Below are positions 1 to 7,901 of a stretch of 64,000 nt of DNA, one piece after another (the stretch's first letter is position 1; each line of letters begins with the position of its first letter). Source of the DNA: an uncultured Candidatus Saccharibacteria bacterium (lineage in GTDB: Bacteria; Patescibacteriota; Minisyncoccia; Minisyncoccales; RBG-13-42-11); assembly GCA_964481125.1 (NCBI GenBank), contig CAYZSL010000003.1, positions 4,727-68,726 on the forward strand. The letters run 5' to 3'. The notes under the pieces are model-generated. The model was not told where the DNA came from and did no database searches. It was given only the letters and a program-made list of their open reading frames with translations. The position numbers were made by a program, and so were the translations under genes.

Positions 1-92
1 AAAACTGTTCTAACATCGTCCCATAGCCCCAGGGGAGCCGATTACTTATGGATAATACCGCCTTATTATTGTGGTGGTTTCTTGATGGGGTA

Positions 93-126
93 TTGACATA
101 TTGGTTAACATACGTTAACCTAAAAT
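93..126 (+). promoter_or_regulatory. promoter-like region with perfect inverted repeat GGTTAAC-N4-GTTAACC (103-120), a candidate operator for the downstream HTH protein
   Basis: TTGACA at 93-98 and TAAAAT at 121-126, with a non-canonical 22-nt spacing. The 7-bp perfect IR lies between them. ATG at 134. Confidence 0.35.
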
Positions 127-133
127 AAAGAGC

Positions 134-850
134 ATGGAATCAAAAGAATTTTTTACAACGAGTGAATTGGCCAAAAAACTGGGCATTAGCAGGGTAGCGG
201 TTTTTAAAAAGATTAAGAACGGCGTAATTAAAGCTCAAAAAATAGGACGTAATTTTGTCATATATAAAAAAGATATAGAGATCCTTTCGAATAATTTATT
301 CAAGCTTGCGTACGGTTGGGCGGTTTTTAATAAAAAATTTCCTGAAGAATTTTATTGCCAAAATAGTTCGATTTTCCAAGACCGCCTTATAAGAATGGAA
401 AATTTGATGATTAAGAATGAAACGACTAAAAATATTTTTTCTCTAATCGTTTCTGCGACTGGAGAGATAGGGGATAATTCTTTTGCTCATAATTTAGGGC
501 AATGGCCCGATATGCCCGGAATTTTCTTTGGCTACGATTTAAACAAGAAACAAGTAGTTTTAGCAGATAGAGGATTAGGGGTTTTAAAAACCCTGGAAAG
601 AGTAAAGCCTACTCTAAAAAATCATAAACAAGCATTAGAGGTGGCTTTTACCGAAATAATTTCCGGCCGGGCGCCGGAATCCAGGGGAAACGGATTGAAA
701 TATGTAAGAAAAATTATCTCTGAAAACAATATAGATTTGCTTTTCCAAAGCGGAAACGCCAAGTTGCAAATTAGCGGCAAAAGCCCTGATTTAAAAATAA
801 CAAATACGGCAGACAATTTTCACGGCTGTCTTGCCTTAATTTCTTTTTAA
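134..850 (+). CDS. excisionase/MerR-type HTH fused to a GHKL (HATPase_c, SpoIIAB/RsbW-like) ATPase domain
   Basis: 238-aa ORF. N-terminal HTH: TTSELAKKLGISRVAVFKKIKNG. C-terminal N-box-like EIGDNSFAHN, G1 DRGLG, G2-like SRGNGLKYV. Confidence 0.55.
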   Translation: MESKEFFTTSELAKKLGISRVAVFKKIKNGVIKAQKIGRNFVIYKKDIEILSNNLFKLAYGWAVFNKKFPEEFYCQNSSIFQDRLIRMENLMIKNETTKNIFSLIVSATGEIGDNSFAHNLGQWPDMPGIFFGYDLNKKQVVLADRGLGVLKTLERVKPTLKNHKQALEVAFTEIISGRAPESRGNGLKYVRKIISENNIDLLFQSGNAKLQISGKSPDLKITNTADNFHGCLALISF

Positions 851-852
851 CT

Positions 853-1146
853 ATGATTATAAAAATGAAAAAATTCGGCACAACCCTTACGTCTCGACAA
901 ATGGGCAGGGAGGCGTTTTTAGCTTTTCAGCCAGCTTTAAACAACAGAAAAAAAGAAGAAAAAATTGAAATTGATTTTGAGGGAGTATTGACGTTTTCTC
1001 CTTCTTGGGGAGATGAGTTTTTAAGTCCTTTAACGGAAAAATACGGAGAAGGAATGATTTTTAAAAATACGGACAACCCTTCCGTAAAAGCTACTTTGGA
1101 GATGTTGCAAGAGGTTTCAAAAAAGAAATTAAATATTCTCAGATAA
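853..1146 (+). CDS. STAS-like DUF4325-family protein
   Basis: 97-aa ORF starting 3 nt after the upstream stop. IEIDFEGV..FSPSWGDEF pattern recalled from the DUF4325/STAS-like family. Confidence 0.5.
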   Translation: MIIKMKKFGTTLTSRQMGREAFLAFQPALNNRKKEEKIEIDFEGVLTFSPSWGDEFLSPLTEKYGEGMIFKNTDNPSVKATLEMLQEVSKKKLNILR

Positions 1147-1264
1147 ACAAAATTGAGAAAATTGCCAATTAAAAATCAAACTCATAAAAATTGTTAAAGA
1201 ATTAAAATAATATTAAACAGGGTCCAATATCGTCCAGTGCCCACAGCAAATTAAGTTTAAAAAA

Positions 1265-1293
1265 TCGCCAATCAGGCGGTTTTTTGGTATGAT
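1265..1293 (+). promoter_or_regulatory. conserved hairpin / T-tract / -10 module, copy A (TCGCCA-N17-TATGAT)
   Basis: TCGCCAATCAGGCGGTTTTTTGGTATGAT. CGCC/GGCG hairpin + T6, with a -10-like box 8 nt before ATG 1302. Near-identical copies at 11713 and 13159. Confidence 0.45.
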
Positions 1294-1301
1294 AGACTAA
1301 T

Positions 1302-1670
1302 ATGAAAAACCAAAAGTTTTTAAAAAGATTAAAAATCGCATCTTTAGGAATTATGACAGCTCTTAAAGAAGAGAAGAGTTTTAGAATACAATTTCTTATA
1401 GGGCTTGTAGTCATATTTCTTATGATAGTTCTTGGTTTGAATTACATTGAAAAAACTATCTTGATTTTGATTATTTTAGTGGTTCTAAGCCTTGAATTGA
1501 TTAATTCCCAAGTTGAAAAGTTTTTGGATTTGATTAATCCGGACCATCATCCAGTGGTGAAAAGGATCAAAGATTTAACAGCGGCTGCGGTTTTGCTTTC
1601 GGTAATTGGCTCTATTGCCATGGGGGTTCTGATATTTCTGCCCTATATCATTAATCTCGTTAAAAGATAA
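1302..1670 (+). CDS. dgkA: diacylglycerol kinase / undecaprenol kinase family (DgkA) membrane protein
   Basis: 122 aa with 3 hydrophobic segments. Motifs FRIQ, ELINSQVE and KDLTAAAVLL are typical of prokaryotic DAGK. Confidence 0.75.
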   Translation: MKNQKFLKRLKIASLGIMTALKEEKSFRIQFLIGLVVIFLMIVLGLNYIEKTILILIILVVLSLELINSQVEKFLDLINPDHHPVVKRIKDLTAAAVLLSVIGSIAMGVLIFLPYIINLVKR

Positions 1671-1672
1671 TT

Positions 1673-2218
1673 ATGTATTGCGACCTTAAAATCTTTGAAG
1701 CGATCAACGGTCTAGCTAATCATTCAAAAATTCTGGATGCTTTGGGAATATTCCTGGCAGAATATCTGCCTTATTTATTAATACTATTGCTATTGTCTTT
1801 TTTATTTTGGCCGAAGAAAGACAGGATAAAAAACAGGGCAATGGTTTTGGTTTCTATAATCGCTGCCCTTATCGCCAAATTCGTAGTTAAAGAGATAATA
1901 TTGCTTTTTTATACTTGTCCAAGACCGTATGTAGATTTGCCTTTAACCCATAAGCTTATATCTGCCAGTCCTGCTCAAAACTTAGAATCTTTTCCTTCCG
2001 GTCACACTATTCTGTTTTTTGCCTTAAGCACCGTCATATACAGCTTTAATAAAAAATTAGGGATATTCTTTTTCATATGTTCCACGTTAATGGGCACAGC
2101 AAGAATATTTGTCGGAGTTCATTGGCCAAGCGATATTTTGGCCGGAGCTGTTTTGGGAATAATAGTCGGAGTTACCACTAATTGGCTTTATACGAAATAT
2201 TGGAGAATGAGATACTAA
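1673..2218 (+). CDS. PAP2-family phosphatase (undecaprenyl-diphosphatase-like)
   Basis: 181-aa multi-TM protein. PAP2 motifs PSGHT and GVHWPSD. Confidence 0.8.
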   Translation: MYCDLKIFEAINGLANHSKILDALGIFLAEYLPYLLILLLLSFLFWPKKDRIKNRAMVLVSIIAALIAKFVVKEIILLFYTCPRPYVDLPLTHKLISASPAQNLESFPSGHTILFFALSTVIYSFNKKLGIFFFICSTLMGTARIFVGVHWPSDILAGAVLGIIVGVTTNWLYTKYWRMRY

Positions 2219-2271
2219 AATATGCTCTTATTGTGCTTCGTTTACTAGTAAACTTTATAAACTTTTTAGAT

Positions 2272-2300
2272 TTGACATACTTTATAAAGTTTTATATAAT
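2272..2300 (+). promoter_or_regulatory. consensus sigma70-type promoter TTGACA-17-TATAAT with a 12-bp palindrome ACTTTATAAAGT in the spacer
   Basis: TTGACA 2272-2277, TATAAT 2295-2300, palindrome 2279-2290. The ATG at 2309 is only 8 nt after the -10 and has no SD. Confidence 0.6.
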
Positions 2301-2308
2301 GGGAACGT

Positions 2309-3235
2309 ATGACCATACAAGATAAACTGAAAATCATTCAAAATCTTTCTGGATTAACGCAGGAAAAACTAGCTGAAAAACTCAGAGTGTCTTTTGCTAC
2401 ACTTAATAGTTGGATCAATGGAAAATCAAAAGCGCACAGAAAAGGCGATAAAAATATAAATGATTTGTATTTTCTTTACACCGAGCAGAAAAATATCCAA
2501 GAGGATCCTTTACGGGCAAAAAAACAAATAATTGCAGACAAATCGCGGAAATGCGGTAACATCTTAAAGAAAATAGTAAAGAGTACTGACATTTACGACC
2601 AATTTTTACTTTCTTTAACTTATCATTCAAATAAAATAGAAGGCAGCACCCTTACCGAGGACGAAACCAGGGCGATTATGTTTGATAATGTTTCTTTGCC
2701 GAATAAAAATATTATAGAACAGTTAGAGGTAAAAAATCATCAAGCCGCTTTAGAATATCTGTTAAAAAGCCTTTCATCCGCTTCTTTTAAAATCAATGAA
2801 ATATTTATTTTGAAACTCCATGGCATTCTGATGAATAGTATTAGAAAGGACGCTGGTGCTTATAGGAACCACGGAGTACGCATTGTCGGAACATACGTGC
2901 CAACAGCCAATTATTTAAAGGTGCCAAGATTAATGCAAGAATTGACAAAAGATATTAACCATAAGGACAAAGATGCTGTCGCCCATACTGCGAATATACA
3001 CAGCAGATTTGAACAAATCCATCCTTTTTCCGACGGCAACGGAAGGGTAGGGCGTTTGCTGGCTGACGCGATGCTGTTGAAGAATAATTTGCCGCCGGCC
3101 GTCATAGAACAAAAAAAGAAGCGTTTTTATAATAATTGTTTGAGAAAGGCGCAGCTTGGCAACGACTTTATTCCCCTAGAAAACTTTCTTTGCGATTCAA
3201 TAATTGTCGGATTCAAGGTTTTAGAAAGAAGATGA
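2309..3235 (+). CDS. XRE-type HTH + Fic domain protein (AMPylase family)
   Basis: 308 aa. N-terminal HTH: LTQEKLAEKLRVSFATLNSWINGK. Fic motif HPFSDGNGRVGR. Confidence 0.85.
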   Translation: MTIQDKLKIIQNLSGLTQEKLAEKLRVSFATLNSWINGKSKAHRKGDKNINDLYFLYTEQKNIQEDPLRAKKQIIADKSRKCGNILKKIVKSTDIYDQFLLSLTYHSNKIEGSTLTEDETRAIMFDNVSLPNKNIIEQLEVKNHQAALEYLLKSLSSASFKINEIFILKLHGILMNSIRKDAGAYRNHGVRIVGTYVPTANYLKVPRLMQELTKDINHKDKDAVAHTANIHSRFEQIHPFSDGNGRVGRLLADAMLLKNNLPPAVIEQKKKRFYNNCLRKAQLGNDFIPLENFLCDSIIVGFKVLERR

Positions 3236-3256
3236 AAATACCCAGAACATAAATTA

Positions 3257-3964
3257 ATGCCTAAAATAAACTTTGAAAATCGTATTTTGTTTGGTATTAC
3301 CGACGGGAAAGGTCCTCACTGCCGTGCAGAAGAAAAATTAAAAGCCTTAAATAAGCTGAAAATTAAGAAAGCAGCTTTGTTTTTGGAAGAACTTGACCAG
3401 GCTGAAAGAAAGAAAATCTACCGGGCTCTTTTGGATTCCACTTTAAAAGAAATACCTCTTTGCCATGCGAGAAACGACATGGAAGTAGAAGAATTTGTTT
3501 TTCTGGAAAGCAAATTCAAAACCAAATACTTTACGATCCATGAGAACAGTTTCGCTTTCTTGGACAAATGGCCGGGATTTGAAAAAAAGCTTTATCTGGA
3601 AATGAATACTGACGATTACGTTTCCCCTAAAGTAAAAATTGAGAATATCGGCGGATTCTGCGTTGATCTGTCCCATTTCAAGGTAGCTTTAACTTCCTGG
3701 ACCAAAGAGTTTGATTATACCTATATCAAGAAAAATAAAAGCAAATTTGCCTGTAATCATTTAAACGGCTATGATTGGGGAAAGAACACTGATATGCATA
3801 CGGTAAAAAACGTAAAAGACTTCAATTACTTGGAAACCCTTCCCAGATTCATTTTTTCAAAGGTTATTGCTCTGGAAATGTATAATTCAATAGCCGAACA
3901 GATAAAGTTCAAGAATTATCTGAAAAAACTGCTGGGAGAATATTTTAATAGAAAAATTCAATGA
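3257..3964 (+). CDS. hypothetical protein
   Basis: 235-aa ORF whose stop overlaps the next start (ATGA). No motif recognised. Confidence 0.45.
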   Translation: MPKINFENRILFGITDGKGPHCRAEEKLKALNKLKIKKAALFLEELDQAERKKIYRALLDSTLKEIPLCHARNDMEVEEFVFLESKFKTKYFTIHENSFAFLDKWPGFEKKLYLEMNTDDYVSPKVKIENIGGFCVDLSHFKVALTSWTKEFDYTYIKKNKSKFACNHLNGYDWGKNTDMHTVKNVKDFNYLETLPRFIFSKVIALEMYNSIAEQIKFKNYLKKLLGEYFNRKIQ

Positions 3965-4326
3965 AATTTAACTATATCTTACTTTACGTATCAGATTTGA
4001 ATAAAACAGCTTCTTTTTATGAAAAGCTGGGTTTTGAGATTGCAAAACAAACAGATAACTATATTATTGCTAAATTAGGCGATTTTGAACTTCATTGCTA
4101 CGACCAGGCAAAAGTGTTCTTTAAACAGGATATTGACAGATTTAAGGGAGCTGGCGTGTTTTTGTACATTAACGTTGATAATGTTGACGAGAAATATTCA
4201 GAATTAGTAAATAACGGACTGAATCCTTCAGCTCCTCCCAAAGACTTTGAATGGGGGAATAGGGAATTCGCCATTAAAGATCCTGACGGCTACAAGCTGG
4301 TTTTTTACAGTAAAATAGCAGAGTAG
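3961..4326 (+). CDS. VOC / glyoxalase-bleomycin resistance family protein
   Basis: 121 aa. N-terminal ILLYVSDLNKTASFYEKLGFE and C-terminal IKDPDGYKLVF are typical of the VOC fold. Confidence 0.7.
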   Translation: MKFNYILLYVSDLNKTASFYEKLGFEIAKQTDNYIIAKLGDFELHCYDQAKVFFKQDIDRFKGAGVFLYINVDNVDEKYSELVNNGLNPSAPPKDFEWGNREFAIKDPDGYKLVFYSKIAE

Positions 4327-4360
4327 ATTTAAAACAGAAGGGTCTGTAATTAATCAAGTA

Positions 4361-4385
4361 AAAACCCCTCTCGGGGATTTTTATT
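4361..4385 (+). terminator. rho-independent terminator candidate
   Basis: CCCC-tctc-GGGG hairpin followed by a T-run, 35 nt after the VOC stop. Confidence 0.5.
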
Positions 4386-4471
4386 TCTTATATCGCTTGA
4401 CATAATACTTGATATAATTTAAACTAAAGGTACCCAAATATGACTACCAATGGGGCATAAATTATAAATTT

Positions 4472-5059
4472 ATGAGAGAAAACCATATTTTAGACTTAAT
4501 GAAGTCAAAAAAAACCGTCTTTACTTTTAAAGAGCTAATTTTACTTTGGAGAAAGTCCGATATAAATTTTGTAAAGAAAAAAATTCATCGCTATGTTAAA
4601 GCCGGTAAAATAAATTCCATACGCAAAGGTATTTATTCCAAAGATAAAAATTATGACAAATATGAGCTGGCTACGAAAATATATACACCTTCATATATCA
4701 GCTTAGAGACGGTTTTGGGAGCTACGGGCGTTACTTTTCAATTATACGGTCAGATTTTTATCGTATCATATAAAACAAAAGAGATTGAGTGCGACGGACA
4801 AAAATATTCTTATAAAAAAATTAAAGATACCATTCTTACCAATCAGGCCGGCATAGAATGGAGAGAAAATTATAATATTGCTTCGCCCGAAAGAGCGTTT
4901 TTAGACGTTGTCTATCTGCATAAGGATTATCACTTTGATAATCTGTCTATTTTAAATTGGGAAAAAGTGTATGAAATTTTACCCATTTACAGAGGCAATA
5001 AACGAATGGGAAAAATGGTGAAAATGTATTATGAAGCAATTAAGGAAAATTTAAACTAA
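4472..5059 (+). CDS. AbiEi-like type IV TA antitoxin (wHTH transcriptional regulator)
   Basis: 195 aa directly upstream of the AbiEii-type gene. YVKAGKINSIRKGIY pattern is typical of AbiEi. Confidence 0.55.
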   Translation: MRENHILDLMKSKKTVFTFKELILLWRKSDINFVKKKIHRYVKAGKINSIRKGIYSKDKNYDKYELATKIYTPSYISLETVLGATGVTFQLYGQIFIVSYKTKEIECDGQKYSYKKIKDTILTNQAGIEWRENYNIASPERAFLDVVYLHKDYHFDNLSILNWEKVYEILPIYRGNKRMGKMVKMYYEAIKENLN

Positions 5060-5066
5060 CGGCATT

Positions 5067-5771
5067 ATGGCTCTTGATACTGCAAAACATAAGAGTATAT
5101 TGATTAAAATTCTTAAAGACATTTATAGTGACCCTACCGTTGGTCCAATTTTAGGATTTAAAGGCGGGACAGCTGCTATACTTTTCTACAATCTTGACCG
5201 TTTTTCAGTAGATTTAGATTTTGATTTGCTTAGTGTCAAAAAAGAAGATTATGTATTTGAGCGCGTTAAATCCATTCTTGAAAATTACGGCAAATTAAAA
5301 CAGATAAGGAAGAAAAGATTTAATCTTTTTTACGTTCTTTCTTACGATCAAAAAAGTATCAATGCTCAAAATATTAAGGTAGAAATCAATCGCCGAGAGT
5401 TTGGTTCAAAATATGATGTGAAGTCATTTCTTGGCATCTCTATGCAGGTAATGGTTAGGGAAGATATGACTGCCCATAAGCTTTGCGCGATGTACGAACG
5501 AATTGGCAAAACCAACCGTGACATTTATGACGCGTATTTTTTTCTTGCTCGCGACTGGCCAATCAATAAGAAAATCATTGAAAAACGCATGGCTATGCCG
5601 TATAAAGAATTTTTGGGGAAAGCCATTACTGCTATGGAAAAATTCAGCGATAGAGATATTCTCGGAGGCATGGGTGAGCTATTGACCGAAAAACAAAAGG
5701 ACTGGGTGCGAACCAAGCTTAAGACAGAAACAATTTTTTTGCTTAAAATAAAATTGGAAAGCGAAAAATAA
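5067..5771 (+). CDS. AbiEii/AbiGii nucleotidyltransferase toxin family protein
   Basis: 234 aa. GFKGGTAAILFYNLDRFSVDLDFD nucleotidyltransferase signature. Confidence 0.75.
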   Translation: MALDTAKHKSILIKILKDIYSDPTVGPILGFKGGTAAILFYNLDRFSVDLDFDLLSVKKEDYVFERVKSILENYGKLKQIRKKRFNLFYVLSYDQKSINAQNIKVEINRREFGSKYDVKSFLGISMQVMVREDMTAHKLCAMYERIGKTNRDIYDAYFFLARDWPINKKIIEKRMAMPYKEFLGKAITAMEKFSDRDILGGMGELLTEKQKDWVRTKLKTETIFLLKIKLESEK

Positions 5772-5779
5772 ATAAGTTT

Positions 5780-6451
5780 ATGAAGAAAAAAGTATCAATA
5801 TTAGGAATAATAATAGTTTTCGTTATCGGAGGAATATTAGTCTGGCAGTATTTTAAAGCAGAGGAAAAGCCAGAAGAACCAGAACAACAGAAAGAAATAA
5901 ATCAAACCGATAAGTATGACGAACAGATTGTCTGGTGGGATAATGAGGCTTTAGACGAGCTTCATAAGTGTATCGGAGGAGAACCTGCTTGCGTTAAAGC
6001 TGTAATGGAGAAATACGGGGCTGGAGCAAAAGCGATTGAGTTTTACGAGGAAACCGGCTGGTTTGTCACAGAGTTCAAGGAATACGGGACAGTGGATTTG
6101 GTTTATCTTTTGAATCCCTGGAGGGCAAATGCTAACGACGATTATGCTATGATCAATGGAGAGCCTTCCATAGTCGTAGCAGAAGAAGAAATCGGGGTAG
6201 GCAATAAGGATATTGAAAACTACGAATTGTTATCTCAAATAAATCCAGAATACAGTATCTGGGGGAACGATAATGGCTTTATAGAGAAAGAAAACGATAA
6301 TTTTATCTTTGAAGCAGATATAAAAGATGAACGGGGATGCCATGCTTGCAGTTCCGGTTATGCTGCTGTTATTTCTTTTCAATTTGATTCAGAGGGTGTT
6401 TATCAAGGAATGCGGTTGAAAGAAATAAAGAACACAACAAATCAAGAATAA
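5780..6451 (+). CDS. membrane-anchored/secreted hypothetical protein
   Basis: 223 aa. N-terminal TM/signal segment ILGIIIVFVIGGILVW followed by an acidic region. Confidence 0.5.
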   Translation: MKKKVSILGIIIVFVIGGILVWQYFKAEEKPEEPEQQKEINQTDKYDEQIVWWDNEALDELHKCIGGEPACVKAVMEKYGAGAKAIEFYEETGWFVTEFKEYGTVDLVYLLNPWRANANDDYAMINGEPSIVVAEEEIGVGNKDIENYELLSQINPEYSIWGNDNGFIEKENDNFIFEADIKDERGCHACSSGYAAVISFQFDSEGVYQGMRLKEIKNTTNQE

Positions 6452-6469
6452 ACAATATCTGCTTATATT

Positions 6470-7303
6470 ATGAAAAAAATAATTCTTATCATCTGTCTAA
6501 TAATTTTTATCGCTCTGGCTCTCTGGCTGTTTATTGAAAGGCCTTTTATAGAAAAAAGTCTTGTTTTTACTAATCTACAGGTTACAGAATATAAAAATCC
6601 TGATGCTCTTGTCCGGGTGATAAACGAAATGGAAATAAGAGGCATTAAACCGGCCACTATTTTTGTCGGTAAAGAACTGGTACAGGACAATTGTTCTCTT
6701 ATAAAGAATTTAGATGAAAAAGGTTATGAAATCGCTATTTTTGGCTATGCCCTGGATGAAAATGGGCAGTTTTTGCAGCTGGCAGACTTAACGAAAAAAG
6801 AACAGGAAATAATTATCAAAGAGGCCAAAGATACCCTTGAAGATTGCTTGGGTCATAAGGTTTCAGGCTTTAGAGCCCAGAGATTCAGTCAGAATAAAGA
6901 TACCAACGAGATTATCAAAGATTTGGGGGTTAATTGGCACGGAAGCTTTGTGGTCAATTGGCATCCCGAAGCTTCTTTTGCTCCTTATTATTCGAACAAT
7001 TACGGCTTTTACATAGTTTCCATAGAGGGGGTAGGGCAAACAGGCTATGTGCTTTGTGATACAGCTATGGCATCTTTTGGTAAAACAGCCAAAGAGTGGA
7101 AAAATACTATCCAGGATTATTTTGTCAGACACCAGCAAGAAGAAAGTCCTTTTATCACTGAATTCCATCCTTATCTTCTGGTTAGTGACGATAACTGGTG
7201 GGACGAGTTCATTAAACTTTTGAATTGGTTTAAAAAACAGAATATTAACTACCTAACCACTCAGCAAATGATTGATAGTTGCCAGCCTGTTTGCGGCGAA
7301 TAG
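6470..7303 (+). CDS. exported protein, possibly of the polysaccharide deacetylase-like fold
   Basis: 277 aa with an N-terminal signal/TM segment. The GHKVSGFRAQRFS segment resembles the deacetylase R(A/P)P motif. Weak call. Confidence 0.4.
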   Translation: MKKIILIICLIIFIALALWLFIERPFIEKSLVFTNLQVTEYKNPDALVRVINEMEIRGIKPATIFVGKELVQDNCSLIKNLDEKGYEIAIFGYALDENGQFLQLADLTKKEQEIIIKEAKDTLEDCLGHKVSGFRAQRFSQNKDTNEIIKDLGVNWHGSFVVNWHPEASFAPYYSNNYGFYIVSIEGVGQTGYVLCDTAMASFGKTAKEWKNTIQDYFVRHQQEESPFITEFHPYLLVSDDNWWDEFIKLLNWFKKQNINYLTTQQMIDSCQPVCGE

Positions 7304-7352
7304 TCTAAATAATTTTTTATAAAAAGTCGAAAAATAATTAATAACTAAATAT

Positions 7353-7670
7353 ATGGAAGAAAAAACAAAAAAAGAAGAATCTAACGTAATGGCCATAATC
7401 AGCTATATCGGCTTTCTTTGTCTGATTCCTATATTGAATAAGGAAAAAGACGAATTTGTTAAGTTTCACGCCAGACAAGGGTTTATCTTATTTCTGGCTG
7501 AAGCAGCTACCTGTATAGTTTTTTATATTGTGCCGTTTTTGTGGTTTCTGACTAATATCTTTTGGCTTGTTTGGTTTGTTTTGGGTATTATCGGGATTGT
7601 TAACGTTTTGAACAAAAAAAAGAAAGAAATTCCGCTATTGGGCGGATTTGCCGAAAAAATCAAGTTCTAG
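7353..7670 (+). CDS. DUF4870-like small membrane protein
   Basis: 105 aa. MAIISYIGFLCLIPIL start and three hydrophobic segments. Confidence 0.5.
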   Translation: MEEKTKKEESNVMAIISYIGFLCLIPILNKEKDEFVKFHARQGFILFLAEAATCIVFYIVPFLWFLTNIFWLVWFVLGIIGIVNVLNKKKKEIPLLGGFAEKIKF

Positions 7671-7901
7671 GGGTAGGACAACCCTAGGAAACTTGACAGA
7701 TTTTCTTGATGTGTTATTTTGAATTAGACACATTTACACCGCCACGAAAGATTATAGGAGGTAATTTTTCAAAACTAGTATCCTAATTTTTAAAGGAAAT
7801 TAGAATGGTGGTTTTTTTATCGTTTTAATCAGTCGATTCGTTTATAATTAATTTAACGTTAAATGGTCGTTTTTCGGCATTTAACAAAATACAAAACATA
7901 T

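Noticed and set aside
12-1245. Partial 20-nt similarity: AACATCGTCCCATAGCCCCA (12-31) vs AATATCGTCCAGTGCCCACA (1226-1245)
   Set aside because: Identity is only about 14 of 20, the flanks are unrelated, and no third copy was seen. This is insufficient to call a repeat.
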